A stretch of 64,000 bases of DNA from an uncultured Candidatus Saccharibacteria bacterium (GCA_964531475.1 CAZHCS010000001.1:14712-78711); one strand, 5' to 3'; numbered from the stretch's first letter, positions 15,727 to 24,699 are shown. Notes: generated from the letters alone by a model not told the origin. Program-made: numbers and translations.

Positions 15727-16701
15727 TCAACGTTCTCCTCGTTTTTTTCGAATGAGCTCCATGATCTGATACGCGTTCAGTGCTGCACCCTTGCGTAGGT
15801 TATCCGCGACGATCCACAAGTGTACGCCGTGCTCGCAGCTCTCGTCTCGACGGATACGCCCGATCAAGACCTTGTCGTCACCTACCGTGTTTATAGGCAT
15901 TGGATAGATGTTGTCGCTTGGGTCATCGTGGACAACCACGCCAGGATTAAACGCGAGTTGGCGTTTGATGTTCGGGATATCGAACGAATCTTCGAATTCG
16001 ATATTGACCGACATGCCGTGACAGCGTGGTATAGGTACGCGGACCGCCGTGGCGCTGATGCGCAAATTCTTGTCGCCGAGAATCTTGCGCGTCTCCTTGA
16101 CGATCTTCTCCTCTTCCTTGGTGTAACCGTTTGGGAGAAATTTATCGCAAGCGGGGATGAGGTTTTCGTCAATTTGGAACGGGTACGGACCCTTTGGGCG
16201 CTTGTTGTTGCGTTCGGCCCGAAGCTGCGCGAGCGCTTCTTTACCCGAACCGCTGACGCTTTGGTACGTCGAGACGAGTACGCGTTTGATAGGGAAGATC
16301 TCCCCAATTGGCGCGAGCGCCATGACGAGCTGGGTCGTGGTGCAGTTAGGATTCGCAACGAGCGTTTCGAGGCCGTCCAAGATATCTCCGTTGACCTCGG
16401 GTATCACAAGAGGTACGTGTTCGTCCATACGAAACGCGTCGGACTTGTCGATAATGGTCGATCCGACCGCCCGGAACTGCGGTATGATTTCGTGTGCGGC
16501 GTCGGCGTTGACCGCCAGGAAGACATAGCGGGGTTTCGCCTTTAGGGCCGTCTCGACTGAGACGTAGCCATTGCGGCGGTCGTCCATGTTGCGGGATACG
16601 GCCAGGAAGTCACCGCTTCTGATATAGTGTTCGGACAGGATTCGGCAGAATTCCTTGCCCACCAGGCCGGAGGCGCCTATGACGGCAATGTCGTTTTTCA
16701 T
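15727..16701 (-). CDS. asd: aspartate-semialdehyde dehydrogenase
   Basis: VIGASGLVG NAD-binding motif; STYQSVSGSG contains the catalytic Cys region. 324 aa. Confidence 0.85.
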   Translation of the reverse strand: MKNDIAVIGASGLVGKEFCRILSEHYIRSGDFLAVSRNMDDRRNGYVSVETALKAKPRYVFLAVNADAAHEIIPQFRAVGSTIIDKSDAFRMDEHVPLVIPEVNGDILDGLETLVANPNCTTTQLVMALAPIGEIFPIKRVLVSTYQSVSGSGKEALAQLRAERNNKRPKGPYPFQIDENLIPACDKFLPNGYTKEEEKIVKETRKILGDKNLRISATAVRVPIPRCHGMSVNIEFEDSFDIPNIKRQLAFNPGVVVHDDPSDNIYPMPINTVGDDKVLIGRIRRDESCEHGVHLWIVADNLRKGAALNAYQIMELIRKKRGER

Positions 16702-16747
16702 GGTTCTGGGTTTCGAACCACTATAGCTTTTTTGGGACGAAAGTAAA

Positions 16748-16775
16748 TTGCCAAAAATATAAGAAATGGTATACT
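16748..16775 (+). promoter_or_regulatory. promoter-like TTGCCA-16-TATACT upstream of tRNA-Glu
   Basis: -10 at 16770-16775; the tRNA starts at 16792. Confidence 0.4.
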
Positions 16776-16791
16776 CTTCCTGTTTTTAGAC

Positions 16792-16863
16792 GGCCCCATC
16801 GTCTAACGGTTAGGACAGCGGGTTTTCAATCCGTTAATCGGAGTTCGATTCTCCGTGGGGTCA
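16792..16863 (+). tRNA. tRNA-Glu(TTC)
   Basis: D-arm TCGTCTAACGGTTAGGACA is Glu-like. Anticodon loop TTTTCAA (anticodon TTC). T-arm CGGAGTTCGATTCTCCG. The acceptor has one GU pair. No CCA encoded. Confidence 0.7.
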
Positions 16864-16907
16864 CAAAGCGAGCAAAGCAAGCAATTTGCTTTGCTTGCGG
16901 TCGCTTT
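16862..16907 (+). other. compound hairpin directly after tRNA-Glu
   Basis: Outer arms CACAAAGCGA / TCGCTTTGTG (10 bp) enclose an imperfect palindrome. Confidence 0.5.
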
Positions 16908-17002
16908 GTGAAGCCGCAGCGATGTTTTTGTTTGAGTCCAAAGGACGAAAGGCAAAAACCGCGAGGCGGGGTCGCGCAAAATTTCCGTCAGGAAATTTAT
17001 GT

Positions 17003-17031
17003 GTGACACAGGCTTCACATTAAAGTAAAAT
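17003..17031 (+). promoter_or_regulatory. promoter-like GTGACA-17-TAAAAT upstream of tRNA-Val
   Basis: -35 at 17003-17008 and -10 at 17026-17031; the tRNA starts at 17040. Confidence 0.4.
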
Positions 17032-17039
17032 ACAAAAAT

Positions 17040-17112
17040 GCGCGGTTAGCTCAGTTGGTAGAGCGACCCCTTGACGTGGGGTAGGCCACAGGTTCGAGTC
17101 CTGTATCGCGCA
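17040..17112 (+). tRNA. tRNA-Val(GAC)
   Basis: GCGCGGT acceptor, D-arm TAGCTCAGTTGGTAGAGC, anticodon stem ACCCC/GGGGT with loop TTGACGT (anticodon GAC), T-arm ACAGGTTCGAGTCCTGT. No CCA encoded. Confidence 0.85.
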
Positions 17113-17161
17113 CACGAGGAGCATCGCGACGAGTGCGCGATAAGCAACAAACTGCTTTTTC
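17105..17161 (+). terminator. hairpin including the tRNA-Val 3' acceptor strand, plus a weak terminator
   Basis: ATCGCGCAC...GTGCGCGAT (9 bp), then AGCA-acaaac-TGCT followed by TTTTT. Confidence 0.45.
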
Positions 17162-17336
17162 TGACGCCTGGACGAGAACGACTTTTATGTACGATCCGCC
17201 GAGTAGGCGGATAGGTGTATTTGACAAATTTGATTATATATGCTAGTTTATAACCAAGTTGAACACGCGACCGAGGAACCTACCGAATCATGAAGATGAG
17301 GAGCGATTCTGAAGCGCACAAAAATTCAACGAGAGA

Positions 17337-17978
17337 ATGTCGGATCATAATCTAAGGTTTTACTTTCAGCCTGACCGCCTGAAAGATGACAGTGTCATCA
17401 GTCAAGTCAGGGCGTGGCCCTCGGTTGAGATGGGGCGCGAGGGGGACGAGAGTTTCCTTCAAATCAGCCATGATCACTTGGTTGACTTGCCTCACGAGCT
17501 CATCCCGCCAGGCCTCCCTGCACTGTTCCGGAGAATTGGAACAGGCAAGGTATCACTGAAGTCGATCTATCGCGATCCTCATCCGAGACTTAAAGATGGC
17601 CTTTACATCGTCGGAAGGGTCAAGGTCTCGAGGCTTGGTTTCGGGTACCTGGCATTTGGTGAGAACCACCTGGCTGTGATTCGTGCCTACAAGACTGTCA
17701 TCGCTGGAGGTACGATTGATTTAGCGATCTACCAGTCTGACACAGTGTTGCGTAAGCAGCTCGGTCGATTGGGTGCCGCAAACGATCAGCTTCGTCACGA
17801 GGCCAAAGAACGTGGCGCCAAGTTCGCTGAGGTGGTAAACAATGGCATCAAGGGCATGGTCCAGGTAGGCGAAAAGCTCAATGCTCTCTATGATGAGGTC
17901 GAGTGGTATCGCCTGCCTTTCTGGGAACGCTGGTTTACTCCGCGCCCCACAAAGAACGTTCGGGAATCCCGGACGTGA
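17337..17978 (+). CDS. hypothetical protein (GC-richer)
   Basis: 213-aa ORF with no recognisable motif. Confidence 0.45.
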   Translation: MSDHNLRFYFQPDRLKDDSVISQVRAWPSVEMGREGDESFLQISHDHLVDLPHELIPPGLPALFRRIGTGKVSLKSIYRDPHPRLKDGLYIVGRVKVSRLGFGYLAFGENHLAVIRAYKTVIAGGTIDLAIYQSDTVLRKQLGRLGAANDQLRHEAKERGAKFAEVVNNGIKGMVQVGEKLNALYDEVEWYRLPFWERWFTPRPTKNVRESRT

Positions 17979-18053
17979 AGCTGACAGCGTCAGCCCTTAC
18001 CTGATCGTCATCTCGTTGAAGAAAAGCCACCGCTTACGGTGGCTTTTCTCGTG

Positions 18054-18983
18054 TTAACTATTTTTATGCAGATACATGTAGATATCTTCGAGCGCTCGGA
18101 CAGCATCGCCAGCAGCGATGTTGTTTTGGTGATACAGAACGTCGGCGCAGTCACCAGCCGCCCAGATACCAGGGACATTGGTCATTTGCGAGCGCGGATC
18201 GGTCTTGATGCGCTTGTAGGCATCGAGCTCGACAACACCTTCGACAAAGCTCGTGTTCGGAATCTGACCTATTTCTACGAAGATACCTGTGACAGGAAGC
18301 GTCTGTTCGCCTTCGGGTGTTTTGATCTTTATACCGGTTACAAATTTCTCGCCCATTATTTCTGTCACTTCGGCGTTCATGATGGCTTTTGCTTTTGGGT
18401 TAGCCAAAACTTTTTCAACGGTTATTTCATCCGCGCGAAATTCTGCCGAGCGTTGGATGATAGTTACAGACTTGCAGTAAGCAAGAAGTTGCGCTGCTGT
18501 TTCAAGTGCGGCGTTGCCACCGCCAAGTACCGCGACATCTTGGCCGGAGAAAATCGGTCCATCGCACGAAGCACAGTACGTGAGACCTTTGTGTTCAAGT
18601 GCATCGGCGCCCGGAATTGATGAGTCGAGCTTTCTGCGGCCCGAACCGGAAGCGACGAGGACGGCGCGAGTAGAAAATTCTTCGCCGTTTTCAGTCTTTA
18701 CGACAAAATTATTTAGATCGGATTTCGATATAGAGGTGACGATGGCGGATTTTGTCTGTAGAAATTCGCCAACGTAATAGTCAACATGCGATTTGAGACT
18801 CTTGGCAAGATCCGCACCAGAAATTTCTGGCGTACCGATCCAGTTGTAGATCTTTTCCGAAACAACGGATTGGCCGCCCCATTCAGAGGCAATCATGAGA
18901 GTTTTTAATTGTTTTCGCGCAGCGTATACGGCTGCAGAAGTTCCAGCGGGCCCGCCGCCGATGATTATCAAATCGTATGTCAT
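18054..18983 (-). CDS. trxB: thioredoxin-disulfide reductase
   Basis: FAD motif DLIIIGGGPAG, redox-active CASCDG, NADPH motif VAVLGGGNAALE. Start taken at MTYDL. Confidence 0.85.
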   Translation of the reverse strand: MTYDLIIIGGGPAGTSAAVYAARKQLKTLMIASEWGGQSVVSEKIYNWIGTPEISGADLAKSLKSHVDYYVGEFLQTKSAIVTSISKSDLNNFVVKTENGEEFSTRAVLVASGSGRRKLDSSIPGADALEHKGLTYCASCDGPIFSGQDVAVLGGGNAALETAAQLLAYCKSVTIIQRSAEFRADEITVEKVLANPKAKAIMNAEVTEIMGEKFVTGIKIKTPEGEQTLPVTGIFVEIGQIPNTSFVEGVVELDAYKRIKTDPRSQMTNVPGIWAAGDCADVLYHQNNIAAGDAVRALEDIYMYLHKNS

Positions 18984-19056
18984 GCGAAGAAGTATAGCAT
19001 ATTTGCTTTTTCGGCTCATTCGGCTAATATCTGCTTAAACTTCAAAACTGAAAACG

Positions 19057-19842
19057 ATGCTTAGAAGGCACTATATCGGTGTAACTGGTATTACAAGTCC
19101 CTATCAGACGACCTCGCTTCTGCGAAGCCTGACGCGTTCTGATTATGATCTGATGATCGGAATATTGGTATCGAGTAGAAGCTTGGCAGGGCGACCAGCT
19201 CTTCGGTGTCCAGATCGTTACCCAGCCAAGGTCCGTCCGATTGTCGAAGGTACAAAGAGCGAGCGTGTGCTCAAGATCTTGCACTATAGCGGCCCAAACG
19301 ACCCAAACCTCTTCGGGGCAGATCTTACGTATATGCACAATTCGTGGGGAACGAATAGTCGTGGCATCCACGGATATCAGTTCAACATGGTCTGGCCTGA
19401 TGCCGACGTGCTTGCTCGCTACAAGGAGACAATGCCGGAAAAGGTAATGATCCTACAAGTTGGCAAGGATGCGCTTAGGATGGTGAATGACGATCCGAAA
19501 TCACTCATCAAGCGATTACAGCAGTATCCTCACGGGCTCTTTGATGCAGTGCTGATTGATAAGTCAATGGGTTCGGGCGAAGTGTTCAACCCCGGCTTTG
19601 TGGCTCCGTTTGTCAAAGAGATCGCTGAAAGCAATCTCGACCTGTCGACGGTTGTGGCTGGCGGCCTAGGCCCCGGGACGATGGATCGGCTCGAGCGTTT
19701 GGTCGAACTCTGCGACGGCTATCGTTTCAGTATTGATGCCGAAGGCCGGCTCCGTGACAATGTCGATCGCCTTGTCATCCAAAAGGCAAGGATATACATG
19801 CGCGAGGCACAGCGCATGCTACTTGGCCCCAATGCTCTTTAG
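19057..19842 (+). CDS. TIM-barrel protein, phosphoribosylanthranilate isomerase (TrpF)-like
   Basis: The N-terminal YIGVTGIT, a DKSMGSGEVF phosphate-binding-like stretch and VVAGGLGPGTMDRLERL match the TrpF pattern. No other trp genes are present here. Confidence 0.35.
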   Translation: MLRRHYIGVTGITSPYQTTSLLRSLTRSDYDLMIGILVSSRSLAGRPALRCPDRYPAKVRPIVEGTKSERVLKILHYSGPNDPNLFGADLTYMHNSWGTNSRGIHGYQFNMVWPDADVLARYKETMPEKVMILQVGKDALRMVNDDPKSLIKRLQQYPHGLFDAVLIDKSMGSGEVFNPGFVAPFVKEIAESNLDLSTVVAGGLGPGTMDRLERLVELCDGYRFSIDAEGRLRDNVDRLVIQKARIYMREAQRMLLGPNAL

Positions 19843-19845
19843 CAG

Positions 19846-19877
19846 AAACCCCCTCGATGAGGGGGTTTCGTGTTTCG
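19846..19877 (+). terminator. intrinsic terminator
   Basis: AAACCCCCTC-gatg-AGGGGGTTT followed by CGTGTTTCGG. Confidence 0.6.
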
Positions 19878-19908
19878 GAAAAGAAAAACCCCGCTGATGA
19901 GCAGGGTT
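19877..19908 (-). terminator. intrinsic terminator for the minus-strand lipoprotein gene
   Basis: Minus strand: AACCCTGCTCATCAGCGGGGTT followed by TTTCTTTTCC. Confidence 0.55.
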
Positions 19909-19994
19909 CTCTATGGCGCCGGTAATCCAGGTGTGAGTGCCTTGGATTTCCATACCATTCATTGTGGAATCGACCATGTGGCCAAATCTCTTCT

Positions 19995-20240
19995 CTATCT
20001 CCTTATCCTCTGCTCGTGGCATGCGATCTGAAACCGCAACATTCCAACCTCTTCTTGCAGACTCCGGTTTTCACGTCTACAGTTGGCAAGCTCTTCCAAG
20101 CATGCTCCGTACTGCTTATAGTCAACAGAGTCTTCTCGTGTTTGCTGTGTGGTCTCACTAACGTGTACCGCCGGTCCGGGATTGTCTGGGTGACAGCTTG
20201 TAAGGAAAAGTATCATACTTCCGAACAGGAGTGTTTTCAT
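19995..20240 (-). CDS. small lipoprotein (hypothetical)
   Basis: MKTLLFGSMILFLTSC gives a signal peptide with an LTSC lipobox. 81 aa. Confidence 0.5.
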   Translation of the reverse strand: MKTLLFGSMILFLTSCHPDNPGPAVHVSETTQQTREDSVDYKQYGACLEELANCRRENRSLQEEVGMLRFQIACHEQRIRR

Positions 20241-20351
20241 GGCGTTTGGTTTTAATATAAAATAGCACACCTATGATCGAAAGTAAATAAAAGCAGAAAA
20301 TCGCCCTCTGGCGATTTTCTGCTCTAGCCATTAGAAGCTAGTGACTATTCA

Positions 20352-21533
20352 CTACTTTTTGCGCCGCAAAAAGCTTGGCACAGCGCTCCAGTCATCATCG
20401 TCTTTCGAATCATCTGAAAATGCGTCGTCGATGATTTCGATCGAGTCTTTCGAAGCTGGAATGAAGTCGTCGTCGGAAGTTTCTGGTTCTGGCTTCTTTG
20501 ACTTTTTTTCTGGCAACTCAGCGACTTTTTTGACTTCCATTTCGGCTTGGGCCTGGAAGAGTGATTTGCGCGGAGAATCGGTCGGGAAGCCTGTAGCGAT
20601 GACAGTGATGCGGATTTCGCCTTTCTTGAGCTTCTCGTCGCGGGTCGTACCAAAGATAACTTTGGCATCCGGGTCGATCGACTCGGTGATGATTTTGGCG
20701 GCAGTTTGAACTTCCTGGATACCCAAATCTTCGCCGCCAGCGATAGAAAAGAGAACACCCTTTGCGCCGTTGATAGATATCTCGAGAAGTGGTGAGTTGA
20801 TGGCGCGGAGCGCGGCTTCTTCGGCGCGGTTGTCGCCACCGGCCTTGCCAATACCCATGAGCGCGCTGCCGGCGTCGGCCATGATAGCCTTGATGTCGGC
20901 GAAGTCGACGTTGATGATGCCCGGCGTAGTGATGAGGTCGGTTATACCTTCGACAGCCTGGCGCAAGACTTCGTCGCACATAGCAAACGCGTCTTTAAAT
21001 GTTGTTTCTTTGTCAGAAATGGCGAGCAGGCGGTCGTTTGGAATAACAACGATAGCGTCGACTTCTTTTTCGAGTTCTTTGATGCCGACTTCGGCGAGGC
21101 GACCGCGATGCGCGCCTTCAAATGCAAATGGACGCGTGACTACGGCGACAGTGAGAATGCCTTGTTCTTTGGATGCACGAGCAACTATCGGTGCTGCGCC
21201 GGTGCCGGTGCCGCCGCCCATACCGCAGGCGATAAAGACCAGGTCAGAGCCTTTGGTCACGTCTTGGATTTCAGCTTTGGTTTCTTCGGCAGCGCGCTTG
21301 CCGACTTCTGGGTTCATGCCAGCGCCAAGGCCTTTGGTCAAATTCTTACCAAGATTTATTTTCTTTGTTGCGAGGGATTTGTGGAGATCCTGGACGTCGG
21401 TATTCATGGCGATAAATTCGACGCCGCCGACTTTCGAATTCACCATGTGATTCACGGCATTGTTACCCGAGCCGCCGACGCCGATCACTTTGATCCGCGC
21501 GAATGTCTCGATGTCAGGGTTTAATTTGGCCAT
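20352..21533 (-). CDS. ftsZ: cell division protein FtsZ
   Basis: GGGTGTG tubulin signature (GMGGGTGTGAAPIVA); the N-terminus IKVIGVGGSGNNAV. The plus-strand ORFs overlapping this gene are spurious. Confidence 0.95.
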   Translation of the reverse strand: MAKLNPDIETFARIKVIGVGGSGNNAVNHMVNSKVGGVEFIAMNTDVQDLHKSLATKKINLGKNLTKGLGAGMNPEVGKRAAEETKAEIQDVTKGSDLVFIACGMGGGTGTGAAPIVARASKEQGILTVAVVTRPFAFEGAHRGRLAEVGIKELEKEVDAIVVIPNDRLLAISDKETTFKDAFAMCDEVLRQAVEGITDLITTPGIINVDFADIKAIMADAGSALMGIGKAGGDNRAEEAALRAINSPLLEISINGAKGVLFSIAGGEDLGIQEVQTAAKIITESIDPDAKVIFGTTRDEKLKKGEIRITVIATGFPTDSPRKSLFQAQAEMEVKKVAELPEKKSKKPEPETSDDDFIPASKDSIEIIDDAFSDDSKDDDDWSAVPSFLRRKK

Positions 21534-21591
21534 AAATTAATGTTTAGTGTCGTTGCTAAGCTGTGCCAAGTATATTACCAGAATTTAGGGA

Positions 21592-21619
21592 TTGTCAAAG
21601 GAGGGGGGCAACATTGACA
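21592..21619. promoter_or_regulatory. symmetric divergent promoter region (ATTGTCAA ... TTGACAAT)
   Basis: An inverted TTGACA pair. The minus-strand TTGACA-15-TAATAT serves ftsZ; the plus-strand TTGACA at 21614-21619 serves the 21668 ORF. Confidence 0.45.
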
Positions 21620-21667
21620 ATACAGGTTTTTATATGGTAATTTCTGGCAAAACAAAACAAAGGTGCC

Positions 21668-22183
21668 ATGACAAAACAGCGCAATTTTACCTGCAGGCTT
21701 GGAGGGACGCCTATCGCCGAGCAAATGCAATCGATGGAGGCTTCCGGTTTCGAGTTCAGTCGCGGAGCCGTTCAGTTTTTTGAGGACACTATTTCGAGCG
21801 ATAAAAGAGTTGCTCGTATCCGTTTGGTTACTCCCAAAGATCTGGGATTGGTTGATGAGGTCGCGGCCGGCTTCGATCTGCCTGTCGTTATCGAGCAGGC
21901 AAGGGCGAAAGGATATCTGCCGTGTCACCCGGAAGTCGCTCTTCATTTGCGTCGCAGGTTCAAGGGTGATGAGCAATCGGCGCACTATCCTTGGGGAGAC
22001 ATTGTTCTTGTCGTAACAAAGCGAAGCTTGCTTCCCGAGCCCAACACGCTGGTAGTCGGTGAGACTACTCAAGATCCGGATGAGTCAAAGGAGCTGAAGA
22101 TCCTGACAACAAATGAAGGGGAGTCTTCGAGACTGACCTCGGTGTATCTCAATCAGCTGTTGGCTTTCGAGGTCGGAGTCTGA
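21668..22183 (+). CDS. hypothetical protein, antisense-oriented between ftsA and ftsZ
   Basis: 171 aa with protein-like composition. It has its own terminator at 22192-22226. The overlapping minus-strand ORF 21575-22072 is Ser/Arg/Cys-rich and likely spurious. Confidence 0.45.
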   Translation: MTKQRNFTCRLGGTPIAEQMQSMEASGFEFSRGAVQFFEDTISSDKRVARIRLVTPKDLGLVDEVAAGFDLPVVIEQARAKGYLPCHPEVALHLRRRFKGDEQSAHYPWGDIVLVVTKRSLLPEPNTLVVGETTQDPDESKELKILTTNEGESSRLTSVYLNQLLAFEVGV

Positions 22184-22191
22184 CACATTTG

Positions 22192-22226
22192 AAAGCCGCG
22201 TGGTCACAGACCGCGCGGCTTTTTCA
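22192..22226 (+). terminator. intrinsic terminator
   Basis: AAGCCGCGTGG-tcacaga-CCGCGCGGCTT followed by TTTT. Confidence 0.6.
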
Positions 22227-22260
22227 TTTCGTGCTACTTACTACTCTCTACCTGCTTACG

Positions 22261-23424
22261 CTATGGCATGAGCTGCTTGCCAATGCCGCTACCAAGTTTT
22301 TTCAAACTATGCCAAATGTGCGAAAAGATATTTGGATAATCATTACCGCGGCGTTCGGTTTCTTTGCCTGACATGGCGAGTCCATAGGCGACGAACCAAG
22401 TTGGGTCTATGGTGTTTTTGCTTTTGAGGCCGTTTACTTTTGATGGCAAACCGAGGATGCGTTTGGCCACGTCTTCGATACCTTTTATACTCGCCGCGCC
22501 GCCGATGATGATTGCACCCGCTGGCAAGCGTTCATCACGGTTTATTTTTTTCAAAAACTTGCCGACGACGTCGAATATCTCGTGTACGCGTCCGGCAATT
22601 ATGTCATCAATTTTTTTCTGAGGCATGTCGGTGGTGGTGCGGCCTAGCTTCAAGCCTTCGGCTTCTTCGAGCGCGATCTTGAGCCCGAGTGCTAGGTCGT
22701 TGGTGATATTGTTCGAGCCTATCGGGAAAACTTTTAGTGAAATGATATTGCCGTCTTCGAAAACTATGACCGATGTCGTTTCGTCACCAATATCGACCAA
22801 AATACAGCCAGCAAAACGTTCGCGGTCGTCGAGGGCCGTCGTCGATGCGGCGATAGGCGAAGCGACGACGTCGACGACATCGATCCCGGCAGCGTTGACG
22901 GCCGAAACAATGTCTTCGAGATGTTGATTGCCACAGGCGATGAAAAGCGAGGTTATCTCGAGTCGTACGCCGCGAAGACCCTCTATTTTGCCATAGACTT
23001 CGCGGCCATCGAGTTTGTGTATGACTGGCACTGTTTCGATAATGCGCTTGTTTGGAACTTTTAAATTTTGTTCGCTGTCTTTGATGGCTTTTTCGATATC
23101 GAAATTGGTTACTTCATTGTCGGCACGGGAAATGATGGCCGAACCACGAGCGACTTTTGATTCGAGCGTAATGCCTCCGACAGAAACAGATGCTTCGCGG
23201 ATTTTGATACCAGAGCTCACTTCGGCCTCGCGCGCGGCTTCGGCAATAGTTTTGATAAGTTCTTTCTGGTCGTGGACGAAGCCGCGCGCGAGGCCTCGGG
23301 TTTTCGTCATGCCGGTACCGATAATACGCGACGTTTTCTTGTCGCGCTCTGCGCCATGCTCGACAACCATGATCCGTGTGGTCGAGCAACCGATATCTAT
23401 TCCGACGGTAACGTTTTTAGCCAT
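22261..23424 (-). CDS. ftsA: cell division protein FtsA
   Basis: Actin-like ATPase: VGIDIGCSTTRI, DIGDETTSV, IGGAAS. Transcribed co-directionally with, and upstream of, ftsZ. Confidence 0.85.
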   Translation of the reverse strand: MAKNVTVGIDIGCSTTRIMVVEHGAERDKKTSRIIGTGMTKTRGLARGFVHDQKELIKTIAEAAREAEVSSGIKIREASVSVGGITLESKVARGSAIISRADNEVTNFDIEKAIKDSEQNLKVPNKRIIETVPVIHKLDGREVYGKIEGLRGVRLEITSLFIACGNQHLEDIVSAVNAAGIDVVDVVASPIAASTTALDDRERFAGCILVDIGDETTSVIVFEDGNIISLKVFPIGSNNITNDLALGLKIALEEAEGLKLGRTTTDMPQKKIDDIIAGRVHEIFDVVGKFLKKINRDERLPAGAIIIGGAASIKGIEDVAKRILGLPSKVNGLKSKNTIDPTWFVAYGLAMSGKETERRGNDYPNIFSHIWHSLKKLGSGIGKQLMP

Positions 23425-23458
23425 TGGTGTGGAGGAAAACCGCAGGCTTTTGGCAATA

Positions 23459-23851
23459 TTAAAAACCGAAACTCTTCATCAAGCGTTTTTCCTTGGCTTC
23501 CATTGTACTACCGTGCCGCTGTCCGGCCAAATGGAGCATACCGTGGATAACTAAAAAGGCGACATGTTGATTACATCCGCGACCATACAACAGGCATTCG
23601 GCCTTGGCTGCGGCGAGCGAGATGACGATTTCTCCCGAATTTTTTGAGAGCGGGAAAGACAGGACATTTATATGCGTTGGATCTCCTTTGTAAGTTTGCG
23701 AGAGTTCGCGCATTTTTGCCGTCGAGACAAATGAAATGGAAAGTTCGTATTTTGGTCCCAAGATTTCTTTATACAATTCGGCAAAAGGCACTCGAGGAAG
23801 AGTGCCTTTGGTCATATTAGAGACGTCCAAATTTTCGGCGCCGCGAAACAT
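23459..23851 (-). CDS. ybeY: rRNA maturation endoribonuclease YbeY
   Basis: HGMLHLAGQRH matches the YbeY HxxxHxxxxxH metal-binding motif. 130 aa. Confidence 0.7.
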   Translation of the reverse strand: MFRGAENLDVSNMTKGTLPRVPFAELYKEILGPKYELSISFVSTAKMRELSQTYKGDPTHINVLSFPLSKNSGEIVISLAAAKAECLLYGRGCNQHVAFLVIHGMLHLAGQRHGSTMEAKEKRLMKSFGF

Positions 23852-24078
23852 TAGGCGATCTTGCCGAGCTTCTTGAGACGCGCGTATTCGGCGCGGCGCT
23901 CGAGTCGTTTGAGAGCGTTTTTCTTGTTTACGAATGCCGATGGAAGGCGCTTTGCATAGCGACCTTCTTTGACATGTTTTACGATGCCAGATTCGCGGAC
24001 GCGGCGCGAAAAGCGGCGCATAACAGATGCGCTAGATTCGGTGCCGTTCTTTTTGATTTCGATGACTGTTCGTGCCAT
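23851..24078 (-). CDS. rpsU: 30S ribosomal protein S21
   Basis: MARTVIEIKKNGTESSASVMRRFSRRV...KRLERRAEYARLKK. Start taken at MARTV. Confidence 0.8.
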   Translation of the reverse strand: MARTVIEIKKNGTESSASVMRRFSRRVRESGIVKHVKEGRYAKRLPSAFVNKKNALKRLERRAEYARLKKLGKIA

Positions 24079-24127
24079 AGGTTTGCCTAAGATACCATAT
24101 GATGAAAAATGGTGCAATAGCAGGGCG

Positions 24128-24164
24128 GGGAAAGCAAAAGCCGCCCACGTTTGACGTGGGCGGC
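24128..24164 (-). terminator. intrinsic terminator
   Basis: GCCGCCCACG-ttga-CGTGGGCGGC with a T-run on the minus strand. Confidence 0.7.
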
Positions 24165-24171
24165 TGGTGTG

Positions 24172-24699
24172 CTAGGCGACTTGTTCCTCGAGCTTGCCGT
24201 ACTTGGCAGCGAAGGTGCGGATCCCGTCGATGAGATCAGCGGACGGTTCATCCTTCTTACTGTATAGTGTGTAGCGCTCGGGGCCACTCCTGCCGAATCT
24301 TAGGTTGATGTGTCCTGCGCTTTCCCTAACGCTTTTAGTTGCATGATAAGGGAGATTGAGACGAACGAGTTCGCTGATGACCTGATTCGCTTCAGGACTG
24401 CCGTGATGCTGCATAAAAATGAGCGGTATCCGGCTTCTCCACGCCATGTTCGGCAAAAAATCATCAGTAGGCTCAAGATCCAGCATAGTCGCGAGTTTCC
24501 GGACAGTTTCTTCTGGTATCGTCTGCAGCCTGATCAGTAGTCTGCCGCTGTCTTTAGGTTCCTCACTGTCTGGTCCGCAAGCGCCAAGTCGCATTTCGTG
24601 GTCTGATGGATCGAACGTGAGCACATAGTCGTATTTCCTCACGTGTGCCTCGAAGAAATGCTCAGTTGCAAGAAAAGTTCCGAGAAGGATTGAGCTCAT
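24172..24699 (-). CDS. hypothetical protein
   Basis: 175-aa ORF with its own terminator and no recognised motif. Confidence 0.45.
   Translation of the reverse strand: MSSILLGTFLATEHFFEAHVRKYDYVLTFDPSDHEMRLGACGPDSEEPKDSGRLLIRLQTIPEETVRKLATMLDLEPTDDFLPNMAWRSRIPLIFMQHHGSPEANQVISELVRLNLPYHATKSVRESAGHINLRFGRSGPERYTLYSKKDEPSADLIDGIRTFAAKYGKLEEQVA

Noticed and set aside
16792-16863. Alternative identity tRNA-Gln for the tRNA at 16792
   Set aside because: The anticodon loop reads TTTTCAA, giving anticodon TTC, and the D-arm matches the tRNA-Glu type.
19887-19908. CTGATGAG in a hairpin loop suggested a hammerhead ribozyme core
   Set aside because: No matching GAAA / stem III / cleavage-site arrangement downstream. 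The hairpin plus T-run on the minus strand is fully explained as the terminator of the lipoprotein gene.
20345-21450. Plus-strand and alternative-frame ORFs (20341-20709, 20345-20851, 20518-20979, 20770-21450) overlapping ftsZ
   Set aside because: They lie entirely within the strongly supported ftsZ gene and are Ser/Arg/Pro-rich shadow ORFs.
21575-22072. Minus-strand ORF between ftsA and ftsZ (co-directional with the operon)
   Set aside because: Its composition (Cys/Ser/Arg-rich) is less protein-like than the overlapping plus-strand ORF 21668-22183, which also has a promoter and terminator. It is kept only as an alternative.
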